DNA from: Octopus vulgaris | Taxonomy: Eukaryota | Assembly: GCA_951406725.2 (NCBI GenBank) | Contig: OX597814.1 | Span: forward strand, 133,238,001 to 133,302,000 | DNA: 64,000 bases | Reading direction: 5' to 3' | Shown: positions 12,705 through 27,643 of the stretch, piece after piece | Position numbering within the stretch: position 1 is the stretch's first letter | Layout: the number at the start of each line of letters is the position of its first letter | Notes under the pieces: generated by a model | Told to the model about the DNA's origin: nothing | The model's database searches: none | What the model saw: only the letters and a program-made list of their open reading frames with translations | Translations under genes and position numbers: made by a program

Positions 12705-13972
12705 GAGGGGCGTTCAATAAGTAATGCCCCTGACCCACTTGCAGTTGTTTGATCTTGCTGAAATTTTGCATGTGCACTTATTGATACCTCTATAGATTAA
12801 GTGGCGAATTACAACTCTGAACTGATTGTGGTTTATGATTTACAGGTGTTTGAACTGAGTCAAGTGTGAAATGGAGCCTGTTGAGTGTCGAGCAGTGATC
12901 TGGTTTTTGTATTTGAAAGGACGCACACCACGGGAGACTTTTGATGAAATGAAAGTAACTTATGGTGATGATGCCCCATCATATGACCTTGTAAAACGCT
13001 GGCATTATGAATTCAAACATGGTCGGAACTCTGTGGAAACAGCTCCCAGATCTGGTCGCCCCCTTCTGCCGTTGATGAGACGTCTGTCCGTCAAGTTGAG
13101 GCTGCCATTTTGGAAGGTCAACGCATAACTATTCGCCAAATAGCCCATAAGGTCAAGATTAGTACCGGGTCTGTGGAAACTATCATTCATGACCATTTGC
13201 ATATGCAAAAGGTGTCTGCCAGATGGATTTCCAGGTTGCTCACACCTTTCCAGAAGCAAGAACGCGTTGAGTGCTCGAGGATGAATTTGGAGATGTGCCA
13301 AGAAGATGAGTCAAAATTTTTCAAAAGACTGATCACACAGGATAAAACCTGGGTCCATCACTTTGATCCATAGACCAAAGCCCAGTCAATGCAGTGAAAG
13401 CACCGTGACTCACCTCCTCCAAAGAAGGCAAGGGTGCAGCCCTCCGCTGACAAGGTTATGCTCACAGTCTTCTGGGACCAGGACGGAGTAGTGATGACAG
13501 ATTTCCTGGCAAAGGGTACCACAATCACAGGAGCCTATTATGCTTCACTTTTGAGGAAATTAAGAGAAGCTATCAAAATCAAGAGGCGGGGCAAGATCAG
13601 CAAAGGCATCCTCCTCCTGCAGGACAACGCTCCGGTCCACAACTCGCGTGTCGCCAGATCAGAAGCACAGGCGTGCAGCTATGAACTCCTCCCCTTGCAC
13701 CCTCTGATTTTCACCTCTTCCCAGCCATGAAGTTGATTTTGAAAGGAAAGCGTTTCCCAGATGATGCAGCCTTGATTTCTGAAGTCACGTCGTGGTTGGA
13801 GGACCAAGCTGGGGTCTTCTACAAAAACGGTCTCCAGAGCTGTATCAAACGATGGGAGAAATGCATAACTCTGGGTAGTTCCTATGTAGGAAAAGACTAA
13901 TAACTGTGCCAAGTGTCGTTGTTCTACTGCTATGGGAAGTGGGTCAGGGGCATTACTTATTGAACGCCCCTC

Positions 13973-13973
<1 letters not shown>
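12704..13973 (+). mobile_element. Mariner (DD34D-type) transposon, full length, defective, copy 1
   Basis: Perfect 37-bp TIRs cgaggggcgttcaataagtaatgcccctgacccactt, TA TSD; transposase with SARWI.R.LT, ITQDKTW, QDNAPVH; frameshift, stops, and the YSPDL motif deleted. Confidence 0.95.
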
Positions 13974-14009
<36 letters not shown>

Positions 14010-14837
14010 TGTATGTAAGTATGTATGAACCTGTGTATATATGTAGCTGTGTATAAATTATTAATGTGGTTATTCGCATATCGATATATATATAGCTATA
14101 AATAAAGGCATATGGATGTATGTATATAACAACACCGTCCCTAGAATCGGTTTCCAAAGTAAAGAATTGCGTTTGACGTAGGCCTTGAAACCAGAGTGTA
14201 GCTGAACAACGAACCAACAAATTTAGGTGGACATTCTGACGTTTCCAATTTTCTCAGCAGTTCATTTCTGTTTAGCATGTGAAATGCTTTCACTGATTAT
14301 TAAGAGCTTTGTCTTTTCAATCCTTAATACATACATAGGTTTGGAAAAATGCTAGAAACATTAGTATGAAGAATTAAACTACAGAAAATTTGATCCATAT
14401 AGTTTATCGTTTTCTATTTGTGCTTTTATTTTGCTGAGGGATTTAAAGTGTAGTATGAACAATGTGCAACTGGTCTTTTATTCTGTAACTAGATTATTCA
14501 TTAGGCGTTGTTCTGAAACGCTAAGTCAATTGTATTTCAGTATAGTGTTCGTCTTATAGCAACTATTATGAAGTGGCTAATTTATCTGTTGTCGCAAATA
14601 GAAAAGAAAGCGACGCATCATTTATTGTGGTTTTGTAGAATTATATAATTACACAAGCGTACACACGCAGATGATAATATATATAAGAGTTGACTCTGAT
14701 TTAAAGTATTTTAAGTTTCGTGGGCGTTTATGAGCGCGTATATCCTCAGATGTTCAGAGTGAAAGTGAGCCACACTGCTTAGTTCAGCTCACGTTAGTAG
14801 TTCGAAAAACGGGTGGTGCCAGATAACTTCATATATG

Positions 14838-14903
14838 CTTCTACGTGGTAGAAGAGACAGCTGTTCTGAGTCAGTTTTTCGGTGACGTCACGTACATATG
14901 GCG
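14838..14903. promoter_or_regulatory. Candidate cis-regulatory motif cluster (E-box, AP-1, CRE)
   Basis: CAGCTG 14858-14863, TGAGTCA 14867-14873, TGACGTCA 14883-14890 in unique sequence; function untested. Confidence 0.2.
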
Positions 14904-15841
14904 AGTTAAGCAGAGTTGTAGTGTTAATTAATGCATCAATTTGCATGCCAGAAAATAACTATGTGTTGTAATTTTGTCGGGTGACGGAGAGCCAAGTATG
15001 TATGCAAAAAGAAGTTAATGTCATTACCGGAAAACATAGATTGCGTAATCATTAAAGCTGTTTTTAATGGTTTGAATTTCATTAAGTAGCCATATCGTTA
15101 CTGACAACAGATGCATAAATCTACAGATCGTTGCTGGATATGCAGTTTATTACAGAGGTAGATCATTAATACGTACATACATGCATGCATACATTAATAC
15201 ATGTACATTTTCATACATACATATATACACATGCATGTGCGTACTTAATAGACACATACATTAAAGTACCAATGAATATATACATCCATTCATGCATGCA
15301 TTATAGACAAACTGATATATAGGCGACTTTCCCGCTGTAGAAACTGAATATACTGCAACTGGGCCTTCTTGCAGTGTTCATCCTACAAATTTCACTCTCA
15401 ACACGTTGACCAACCGAAACTACAGTTTCTGCAGATACCAAAAGTTTCGCAATGTGGGAATGAACGCAGAAGCACGTGTTTGCAAACTAGCACTGTGAAA
15501 CCCAAGAAATTAGAAATCAATCACCTCATCCACTTACTCACGTCATCAATTATTCTTATATTGTAAGAATGCTTGTGTCTTAACTAATTACATTGGTATC
15601 ATTTAACATGTATTCTTCATTAAAGATTTAAATTAACAGAAGATATTTTCCAAGATATTAGTACATATTACTCCTGCTGTAACATGATAACACATAAGTC
15701 ATCAGACTAAAAATAAGGCAGACACAAAGAAATTACTTTAAATTAATGTTCATCTAAATCGCTTTCTGTTTAAGAACACAAAAGAATAGAATCAAATATC
15801 ATAATGACGATAATCGCCATCATAACGTTTCTGCCATCACC

Positions 15842-16060
15842 GGCGAGCTGGCAGAAACGTTAGCACGCCGGGCGAAATGCTTAGCAGTATTTCGTCTGCC
15901 GCTACGTTCTGAGTTCAAATTCCGCCGAGGTCGACTTTGCTTTTCATCATTTCGGGGTCGATTAAATAGGTACCAGTTACGCACTGGGGTCGATGTAATC
16001 GACTTAATCCGTTTGTTTATCTTCTCTGTGTTTAGCCCCTTGTGGGTAGTAAAGAAATAG
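15842..16060 (+). mobile_element. tRNA-derived SINE family A
   Basis: ggcgagctggcagaaacgttagc (A box-like), gagttcaaattcc (B box); homologues at 27644, 27872, 37420, 39295, 59695. Confidence 0.9.
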
Positions 16061-16089
16061 ATAATCACCATCAAAATGGCGATAATCGC

Positions 16090-16145
16090 CATCATCATCA
16101 TCATCATCACCACCACCACCACCACCACCACCATCATCATCATTT
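16090..16145. repeat. (CAT)n(CAC)n trinucleotide repeat
   Basis: Direct reading. Confidence 0.9.
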
Positions 16146-17766
16146 TTAGAGCAGTAGTAGTCGTAGCGAAACTGCAACAGCAATAGCCACGTGGTCATCC
16201 TCATCACTACCGTCCTCGTCATCAAGGCAACTATTTAAATGTTACAGATTTTTTAAGTGGCCTTTGTATTACAACAGGATTGAATAAGGCATTTCAAGAA
16301 TATTTTGTTTGATGATCTCTCTCAAGGTGTATGCTGTCTTCATTTTCTCTAAATGTTTGCTGACTGTTGGAATTTATACTATGAAGATATTTATCATGTC
16401 CTGAAGAAGAAACTTGTGATCAAATGTATTGTTATTGTTGGTTATCTGTTGTTCATTTCTATTCAAACATACATCATCCCAAATATGCTTCTCAGCAATC
16501 TTCTTTTCTTTACTTCATATGAATGAATGCATTGAATTCGAGTATAGAACGAATAATTCAAGTCATTCTATTTGACACTTTAATGCATCTGAGAACGGAC
16601 GGTATCGTGGCATTCTATGGCCACGGGCGGTAGAGCAATCATACTGCATATGATAGTATCTTGCGGGACTTCACGGTGTTTACGATTCCAAAGGATGGTT
16701 CAATCAGTATAATAAACCTCTTCCAATACGAGAACAATGAAAATTCTACTTCTCTTTCTTGTTCTGCCTGGTGGCTCCTTGACCAGAGCACTGCTCTGTC
16801 CAGTATAATCTGGAACACTCTTGTGTCTGACAACCGCTAGTAACTTCGCATATCTCAAAAACCTGCTGCATTGCTTAAGAAGAAAAGTGAATGACTATTT
16901 TACTGCCGTTATTTTCATGTTAGCTATTTCTAATCCATTAGACGTTAATACAACTCTTAAAAGTTTCTGAAATTTTAAAGTTCACAGGAAATTGTGAGGA
17001 AAGTAAGGACGACTATTCTTACTTTTCATTGAACTGCGGTTGTCAACCATCCTCATGGTAACTCCGCTGTGTGGTTACAACGAACTAACGGAAATCAATT
17101 CTCTTCTCAATCCAGTGGATATTAACGTTGGTTAGAAGATACAATCGCCTTATTCAAAATTAAATTGCCGATGGTCTTTTGATGCTGTTACACTTCAAGA
17201 AATGCATTCACAGATCGAAATGCTAAAAATATATTTTTTACTCAACGACCTGTGAGAACTTCACTTTTCTATTGCTTGCTGTGAAAACACATTAAGTTAA
17301 TAGTTATCATTTTTCTCTGACGCGGGAAACAGAATATAAAATCAGGAGGTATTTGTTATCGATACTCAAGAATGGGCAATGGTTTCAAGAGATAAAAAAT
17401 ACGTTGTTCAAATAATTTCCAAACTCGGCAGAGGAGAATCGTATCTTTCAACAGTGTACATAAGCTTTTGTATTTTATATTTCATAAGCATCCAAAAACC
17501 TCAACAAGTTATACATAGTCGCAACTATATCAAGTATTCTGAGAAATGATATGATAAAAGATATGGTAAAATATGAAAATAGATACTTACAGAATTGTAA
17601 ATATATAGAACGAATGGGAAAGAAAATAGAGGAGAATACTTCTGGGCCTGAAGAATTATTAAGGTGTCTGATAATTTTTCTATATGTGTACCTGTGTAAC
17701 TACCATTAGATAATGAAACATACACAGCGGAGAATGAATAATACCAGAATTATCTTCAGTCTTCAG

Positions 17767-17820
<54 letters not shown>

Positions 17821-17823
<3 letters not shown>

Positions 17824-18026
17824 GTGACCGCGTGGGTACCGTTGGCGATTTTTTTCGTCCGTCTTCCCTTCTTTGGATCTTTCCTTTTCCTATGTTTCTG
17901 ACGAAGAGCTCCGCTCGAAACGTTAGACCCTCCTTCTTTCCTTCTTTCCTGAGCGTCCAATAATACTATACTTGTTCCACGTCCTCGCGTTGTTGTGCTT
18001 TCTCTTTGTGTTTTCATGTTTGGATT

Positions 18027-18029
<3 letters not shown>
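17821..18029 (+). mobile_element. ~210-bp module in (TA)n, probable solo Penelope-like pseudo-LTR (family H1)
   Basis: Second copy inverted at 53495-53704 with the same boundaries; contains an HHR core. Confidence 0.75.
17894..17928 (+). ncRNA. Minimal type I hammerhead ribozyme motif
   Basis: gttt-CTGACGA-a-GAGC-tcc-GCTC-GAAA-C-GTT^agac: helix I gttt/agac, helix II GAGC/GCTC, self-complementary AACGTT in place of helix III. Confidence 0.75.
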
Positions 18030-18074
<45 letters not shown>

Positions 18075-18811
18075 GCAGGTATGTGTGTGTTATCTACGTA
18101 ACGGTTAATAAGTATATACTTATGATGTCCATAACTGCAATAATATTTACTATCTCTTCCCGCTACCTACTCTTCTTGACTGACAGCTCTGCGACACGCA
18201 CACGCACACACAGACAAACAAACACACACACACACACTTACGAGCGCGTAGTTTAAACCTGTATTCTGGTTAGAAATTTCACTTGTTGATAGTACTGTGG
18301 ATTAAACAAGTCGTTGCTCACGTGTTTAAATGGTTGCGTGAAAACTTTAGGAATTACATAATGTAGTTTTTAATCTAGATTAATTTGTATTACGCTTAAG
18401 ACAAAAAACTCTTAAGCAATTGTAGCGACTCTTCAAAACAAATTCGTCTGTTTTTATTATCTTTTCACCCCACACATAAGGTTTCACTTTCGTTGGAGAC
18501 TTTGGAATACAATTTCAATTACCTAATACCAATGACTTTACTTCATCGGTACTTTCTGTGCATGAGTAATTGATTATTTCCCTGTCTACTCTGCGTGATT
18601 CTGTCCTTCTAACTAGTGTCATGCTTCACTTTTATGTACACGATCCTCTGTGAATTTATTGCAATCAATATTATCTAGTATATATAAATCACAGAATGCG
18701 TGCATGTATTGACTAACGAATACACTTCCACAATTCTCAACTGATTTTCACCAACCTTTACACACACATTACTTATGTCCCAAGGATAGTTATGCACTAT
18801 AATATTTTGCC

Positions 18812-19780
18812 CAGAGCTCCCGCATAAATGGTCAAACCGGGAAAAACTTTGGTTTACGCGGATTTTTCTCTAATTTGTTATATAAACATATTTTTTCTAT
18901 GTTACATCTTCCATACATTTTTAATCTATAATATCGTATATTAGCATTAAAGAAAAATTTTAGCGGTTTTCCCATTTTTTAAATTTATTATTTATTCATA
19001 AGTTGTAATTGTGTATTATTACTTGGTTAAAGATTATTATAAAAGTGAAAGGATTTTGTCTATTTATTTATTTTCACTGTCCACCTGCGACAGTGATTAA
19101 AGTGACTAGGAACACTGTACGCGACGAATATCCAATAGCAAACAACCTTAATATCCATAATTAAACTGCATTAGACTTTGGCAAGCTTACCTTTAACTGT
19201 TCTGAATTACTTGGAAGGTGATGTCTTCTTCTCTCTCTTCTGTTTGTTGACACCTTTGCTTAGCTATCAGTCCATTGTTTCAGTTTAAGGATGCATATTT
19301 ACACACCCATTATGATATTTCGCGAACGCGACATCTTTCACTGAGAACCGCTAAAGATCCAAAGCAGTATTCGTGAACTGAAGTCAAACTCTTCATGTCT
19401 TCATTTTTCGTTACCTAAAGTCAATTTCAGAGTGGTCATACACTGTGAGCACATAGCAAATACATTCCTTCAACTATACTTTTTCAAGTAGGTATTATAT
19501 TGCCATTTTTGAAAATACCAATAATACTTCTCTCCGATAAAATAACCCTCTTTGCTGTTGGATAAAATAAATTCGCAGAGGGGAAGTTTCAATGTCTTCA
19601 TTCAATTTCCATACACCATATATGTGACTGTTTCTGACAAGGGATTTCACTTCCATGTAAAACAACTACATTTTGTAGTTATTATCCGTAATCTACTCCC
19701 AAAACACCTCAGTAGCTCTATTTGCATAGCTTGCAAACTTATATGTTCCATGATAATTATAGTGCAATGATCTCCACAAT
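18812..19780 (-). mobile_element. Possible very old hAT-like relic
   Basis: Minus-strand remnants EIIAL..KF..EVFW..NY resemble a hAT dimerisation region; CAG-starting end at ~18812. Weak. Confidence 0.25.
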
Positions 19781-20244
19781 AACCAGCCTTCAGTTTGGTT
19801 TTCTGTTCCTAGGTTAATCGGAAACATAGATTGCCGTGCTACTCATAAAACTTCTCGATAGTTCAATTATTTGCTGAAAAAATACCACCAAAGCAAATTA
19901 AACCGTTCAAAGGACGTGTTCGTGTGCTAGTATATATATATTTTTACCATGATGTAAACTAAAAATGCATCAATAACATGCTGCCGTAACAAGTGTTGTT
20001 CATTTTGTAAACCACTTGTAAACTTCTTTTATACATTCACTACACTTGGAACAATCCCTGGGTTGGATCTGCAGTTTATACTGGGTTGGGTACCTACGTA
20101 TCTATGTATCTATGTTTGTGTGTGTGTGAATGTATGATTGATTGATTGATTCTAGTTTCAGCTCACGAGCTGTGGCCATGCTGGGGCACCGCCATGTATA
20201 TATATATATATGTGTGTGTATGTGTGTGTGTCTGTGTGGGTGTA

Positions 20245-20663
<419 letters not shown>

Positions 20664-21776
20664 AGAGAGAGAGATGATGAGAAAAATGTGTGAATATATA
20701 TATACTTACAGTATACTGCCAATGAACGAAAACTAAGAACTGCATTAACGTACAGTAGGCTCAATACTAAGTAGCCAGCGCAATTTTTGTTAAAAAATTG
20801 TAGATTTTAATGAATCCAGCAACTCATCCATAGACATAAATGTTTGTATGTATGTGTGTGTGTATGTGTGTATGTACATACAGAGAGAGAGAGAGAGAAA
20901 ATTGGGAGAGAGAAGAGTATATTTGGTAAGTGTGAGTATGCAGGTAAGTGTATCAACTACCCAACTTTAACGTAGACGATAACAGGCAAACGACTAATTA
21001 TGTTGACAACATGCTGAGTTGTTTTGCACCCTAAAATGCTTGGCTAAATACTTTCTCTTATAGTAACTCTCTAACCGTAATCACTATTTATGATCTTTTT
21101 CTTTCTACTTTTTACTTGTTTTTCCTTTATCTTATGACGAATATAAAATGTGCTCCAATTTGATGACAATTTTTTCTTTAATTAATTAATGTGACGGAGT
21201 TCATTATATAAGTACGCCAACTAATACTTGTTTATCAATGAAAAATACGTAAGATTCTTTAGATAAGTATAGCTTAATATTTCTATAGTTTATTTTGATT
21301 TATGTGTGTATATACACATGTTTGTGTGTATACGTATGTATACGTATGCGTGTACAAGCACGCACATACACATATATACATGTATGCATGCATGTATTCT
21401 TTTATGCTTTTAATTGTTTCAGTAATGTGACAGCGGCCATGCCATGCTGGAGCAACGCCTTATGTATACATTTTCATATAAGTAGGCATACTATCACATT
21501 TAAATATAAGACAATATCAAAATGAAGGAAACACTGAGACATACTCAGCTATAAATGTTTACATGTATAATGCTACATTCTTTAGTACATGTATAGCAAA
21601 AAAGACAAAGAAATCAAAAAATCAAAATATATGAATTTATGAATATACAATTTATGCATATACACGCCAAAATATAGCCATACTCACGTGCATCTATGCA
21701 TGCAAAGCAAAAACCACAGAAGCTCAGGCATATGTACACATACATACATGTATACATACATACATACATACATACA

Positions 21777-21808
<32 letters not shown>

Positions 21809-21819
21809 CATACATACAT

Positions 21820-21865
<46 letters not shown>

Positions 21866-22351
21866 AATATGTGTGTATGAGCGAGAAGTCTGTCTGTTTT
21901 GAGTTTGTGCATGCGTACATATATACATACAGACTCTCATAAATTAGCGGGCATGAATGGATGAATATGCGTATATATGTGTATGTGTGTGTATACGTGT
22001 ATGTATGTGGTTGTTATATGCTTGTATATATGCATATACATCCATGCATTACATGCACATAAGTATGTGGCTGCTTTTTGTAACAGTCAATCTATTGTAT
22101 GGATTGAGGAAGAAATTCTGTATGTCTTTCTTCACAAGTGGTAAACAGTGAAACTATCTATCAGGTGAGTCTCTCTTTGTTTATGCTTATCAAGGACATA
22201 AAGACAATGTGTTTATATTCTTAGTTCACCCACAGTGATTCTTTGTAATATTTAAAGTTATTTCAATACATATGTGTGTATCTGTATGCGCTCGCATGTG
22301 TCTGTACGAGTGTAAATGTCTCATGTATTTGTATGTATATAGTATGTATAT

Positions 22352-24008
22352 ATAGATTTCCCGCCAGTCTCCTGAAGGAATGTAGATATCAACTTGCAGT
22401 CCCTCTGACCAACCTCTGGAGAAACTCGTTAGACGCAGGTTATATACCGAAAAAGTTTCTATCCCAGTCGGTCATCCCGGTTTTCAAACAGGGAAACAGA
22501 TCCCTCGCAGTCAACTATCGCCCAATCTCACTCACCTCCCACATCATTAAAGTGTTTGAAAGAGTGTTAAGATCAAGGATAGATGACTTCCTGGAGACCC
22601 ACAAACTCCTAAATTCAAATCAGCATGGCTTTCGCTGTGGCAGGGACTGTCTAACACAGCTCTTACACCACATTGAAGATGTACTCAAAGCCTTGGGAAC
22701 AGGTTCGAACTCTGACGTCATATACCTTGACTTCAGTAAAGCGTTCGACAGGGTAGACCATAACATCCTACTCTCAAAATTGGCAAATGTTGGAATCCGT
22801 GGAAAAGTTCTACACTGGATTCAGTATTTCCTAGCGAATAGAACACAACATGTTGTAGTTGATGGAGTCCACTCAAACCCAGCAAAAGTCACCAGCGGTG
22901 TTCCCCAGGGAACTGTTTTGGGTCCGCTACTCTTCGTAATTTATGTAAACGACCTTTCCAGTGTCGTACATCACTGCAAAGTGAAAATATTCGCTGATGA
23001 CACTAAGCTCCAGCAAATCGTCAATGAAGAAGCAGACCGAACTCAACTCCAGTCTGACCTATATGCTGTGAGTCAATGGGCAGACATAAACAAAATGCAA
23101 CTGAATGAGGGAAAATTTGAGCTGATGCATTTTGGAAGAAATTCCTCACTAAAACAACCATACTCTCTTCTTTCAGGGGAACCGCTCACAGCCTCTAACA
23201 ATATCAGAGACCTGGGTGTAATTGTTGATGACGATCTCAGTTGGAGTGCACACATCAACAAGAAGGTCGATACAGCTCGTAGGATGAGTTCCTGGATCTT
23301 AAGAACTTTCCGGTCCAGAGAACAAGGTGTCATCATACCACTTTTTTCATCCTTTGTACGGCCACACCTTGAATACTGCTGCCCACTGTGGTCTCCTCAC
23401 ACAAGACAAAACATCTCCAGAATTGAGTCACCCCAGAGGGCTCTCACTAAACAAATTGAAGGCATGGCTGCTCTCGATTATTGGGATCGCCTTAAAGCCT
23501 TGAAACTTTACTCCCTCCAGCGTCGCCGTGAGCGGTACATCATTTGTACGATGTGGAAAATATACCGCCAACTTTGCCCAAACGACCTAAACATTAGCTT
23601 CAAGGTTCATCCGAGACTTGGACCACGGGCTATACGTCCCCTGCCAAATTCAAGATCACAACATACATGTACACTGCAACATAATTTCTTTTCCTCAACA
23701 GGCCCTGCCCTATTTAACATTGTCCCGAGGGAGATCAAAGAGGAAAAGGATCCCATCAACTTCAAACAGAGTCTGGATAGATTCCTTCAAAGAATACCAG
23801 ACAAGCCACCCATAATAGGATACAACTCACCCAACAAGAACTCACTACTTGAACAAAACTGGATACAACTCACCCAACAAGAACTCACTACTTGAACAAA
23901 ACTTGACTTAAACAGGATTCGAATAATCCTATCAGGTGGTGCTATTAAGTTAGACATGGGCTGGACCAATCTCTGGTCGAAACATATCTAAGTTTTATCT
24001 AAGTTTTA
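22352..24008 (+). mobile_element. CR1-type LINE copy 2, more 5'-truncated, near-identical to copy 1
   Basis: Homology to 8473-10085 starts at atagatttcccg; same 3' tail; inserted in (TA)n; carries a 43-bp tandem duplication at 23818-23903. The N-terminus of ORF 22276 is flanking DNA. Confidence 0.95.
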
Positions 24009-25045
24009 TATATATATATATATATATGTGTGTGATAGATATATATGGAAAGTCAAGTGTTATGGTGCTCATAGAGTGACCGCGCCTATAAAGCACTTAG
24101 CAGTAAATGTGACTTGTCAGACTCAAATGGCTGAAAGAGCATATCTTCTCTACAACTTGAGGAAGAAAAACGTAACGTTCGGTTGGTTTTCTAAACAAAA
24201 GAAATATTTTGTACAGTGGGATGGGGTGCTCCGCCGTGGCGATATTCGAAGAAGCTATGGTGGGACTACTCAAAGATTGAAGAATTCTGGATCTGAAGCA
24301 GTAAAAGTTTATAGATGATGACATTAACTGAATACTCCTTCCTGGAATTTAAAAAGGTCCCCGGGTCGAGCAAGATTTTTTGGGCTTCTTACCCTCTCTG
24401 CCAAGCAGACTTACATCATTTACTCCCATTAATATAAGCTCTTGCTTGTTCAAGGAGTTTTCTTTTAATTATGAATGGGGATCCTTCTTCTTTTAGGCAC
24501 CACATGTGGCTGACCAGAGAGGTGATTTTGCGTCTTCCGGCAACCCAAAATTAAACATATACATATACTTGTGTGTGTGAGAAAGAGAGAGTTATGTGTG
24601 TGCGTGCGTACTTGTGCATGTGTGTGTCCATAAACGGGTGGATACACATCCGCAACCGGGTGTACCTGCACAAACACGCATTAGAATATGATGCTACTTG
24701 TGTAATATATGCATTATTTTTACCGGTTATATTCGAACATAATTAATGAAAATATCTATACAGACATAAAACCCCTCACAAACTGAAACAATTTTTTATG
24801 CGCTTACATATTCTAAACTTGGAGCGCATGTATTCGCACATATTAACATGCAAAAGTCATGCAAATTAGAATATAAATATTGGTTATCGATATGAACTAC
24901 CTGTGTGTATGTACAGATATGATTAATCTTCAGAGAACAGAGACAATTGAGGTATGTACGTTATTTCGTCGTGTATACATAAATACATACATACATACAT
25001 ATGTGTGTATGTGTGTGTGTGTGTGTGTGTGTAGATAGTAGATAG

Positions 25046-25088
<43 letters not shown>

Positions 25089-27400
25089 TAACGGGAGAGA
25101 AAGAAAGAAAGGAAGAAAGAAAGATAGGAAGAAAGAAAGGAAGAAAAACTGAAAGAGATACAGACTCATAGGCATATATGATCACAAATAAACACACACT
25201 AATATATAATTGCGTATGTGTATATCCTTAAAATCCTTTAAAATGTTTTAGCCCGAAGGCCGCGGCCATGCTGGGGCACAACACAAGATTATATGTGCGA
25301 GTGTGTGCGTTGTAGTGAGTGCGTGTGCATGCGTATTGACATATACGCACACGCATACACACATCAAATATATATATATATATTTGAACTCAGAACTTAA
25401 AGACGGACGAAATGTCGCTCGCTAGCTCTTTATGCAATTTCAAATCTTTCTTTTTAGATTGGTGGTTGTTGCGTGAGACAGTGTAGGTCATTAACCACTG
25501 ATATCTGGCGAGGGAAAAGCCTCCTAAAGTTTCCGTTATGTATATATACTCTAGCATCATCATAATAAAGATTTTTATTACCACTTCATAGGCTTCGGAC
25601 ATAAAATATGAACTAATAATAAAATGTCGACCTAGGTGCTGTAATAATTAATAAAGTGTAGAACATTTGAAACTGTGCTGTTCAAATGAATTGGGCTATT
25701 TCAGTTTTAATTCCACTAACAAGTACAGGAGATTAGAAAGCAATTACGTTTATTTATAGGGTAAAAATAATTGGCGAAGTAAGTTATTTACAAACACAAG
25801 TTTTTTTATAGTTACTCTTTAGATGAGATTGAATTTATATACATACTCAATATTCATCAGTAAAAACTATTTCATACAAGTGATAGATCCTTCCTTCTTT
25901 TGCAAAAAAGAAGCACTGTAATTTCGTAAACAGAAGTCATTAAACAAATAAATTTGATATTCAATATTTCCAACATATGTTTTAAATTTAGATATTTGAA
26001 AGCATTTTAACAAAAATGTTAATAACGTCCAATCTTCCTAATTGTTTAACAGAAAGAACAGTGTGCTGAAGCTGACATAATTAAAAGCATCGCTATTGAA
26101 ATTTTGCCAAATAAATGTAACGGAGATTAAGGAATTTGATAAAATGGAAATCAAAATAAAATAGGAAATATATTGTAAATTCTTTTCTTTTAGTTTTCAG
26201 TTATATTTGGACAGAGTTATAAATCTTCATTAGAACCGAATTTAATTTTTCTTTTACAAAAGTTAATTCCGTGTAATTTATTTGCCTGTCATTTGTCTGA
26301 AATTCATTACTTATTCAAACATTAAGATTATAGAAGTTCAGCTCAATATCAAAGCCTTTTAACTATCCTCCTGAGATGGAATTTCACTATTAGAATAGAG
26401 CCAAATTGCTAAGGTTTACTGGTCTAAAGTAGCAGACCGATTGTTATTCTTATGGTTTCTTTGGAAAATATTGAACAAAACGGTATAGTTGAGTAGTGAA
26501 AAGACGTAGTATTATTTTCATATATTATATAACCATTGAATCTTCCTACTAAGCATGGTGTTTCACGTGTTGAAGCTCCCTTTGACGTTGCGTACAAATG
26601 GTCAAGTATTTTGAATCATCGTTTTCACGGTGCGACTCAAAATCAAGTAAATCCAGCAGAGTGAATGCCAATACAGCAAGGAATAACATGCATCAGAAAT
26701 ATGCTAACTAAACTTGATTTACAGAAAATCAAACCAAAACTGCTCACTTATATAACCATTGAGAAGTTTTTTATAAATTTCATTTGAATTTATATATTTT
26801 AACTTATTCATAATACAGACTTTTCTTAATTTTTGGGACGCTAAGTCTGCGGGAAAATATGATTGCAATAAGCAATGTAACATTTAATAACCATAAAACT
26901 GATTAAAGATTACCTCCTCCTATGTATCTGGAACGTAGCTGATTGGCGGTAGCCAGCAAAACTTAAATATACATTTTGTAGCAATTTTTGCACTTATTTT
27001 CAGATTCATCAGGCTTGTGTTCTGCTATTTGGAAGCGCATTATTTTACAATGTATATACTAAAATTTAGGAGCACGTGAAATTCATGAAAGCATATCATG
27101 AATTCGGTTAAGTAAATGGCACATGGACGTTTTGAAATATTTATCTACGCATTTTTAATAAAGAACTTAAACGTGAAAGATTACAGTAAAATGTTTAATA
27201 ATCTTTTTTTTATCTTTCGGAACATGTGTACAAACTAAAAGCATATGTTCTTTTACGTGCACAGACGTATATAATTTTCTTTCATTAGTTTAGTATATGA
27301 AATGAAGTAAATCACAACGAAAAAAAATCTTTAGAAATATAACTTCTTTAGTAGCCTTATCGGAAATATCTTTAAAAATAGTTTTGCGTAGCTTTGATTC

Positions 27401-27404
<4 letters not shown>

Positions 27405-27477
<73 letters not shown>

Positions 27478-27480
27478 TAT
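27405..27480. repeat. (ATT)n microsatellite
   Basis: Direct reading. Confidence 0.95.
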
Positions 27481-27643
27481 TATCATTTTAAATTCAATTT
27501 TTGTTGTTTTTGCTTTATGTGCGATAAAAGGATAATTTTTTTTGAGATTCGTAAGTAGTATGTTTTTTTACTACATTCAACGCCCCACAACCACCAACAT
27601 TTTATACTCATCGACAGTATTATTGCCCAGTATTATTGCCAGC

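Noticed and set aside
14705-14755. Minus-strand CTGAGGA...GAAAC-TTAA hammerhead-like text
   Set aside because: Helix II only 3 bp, and no helix I or NUH in register.
19183-19270. Minus-strand open stretch ending at a good donor AAG|GTAAGC
   Set aside because: No acceptor, partner exon or recognisable protein.
22276-22351. Apparent N-terminus of the 539-aa ORF
   Set aside because: Flanking low-complexity DNA in frame with the truncated LINE.
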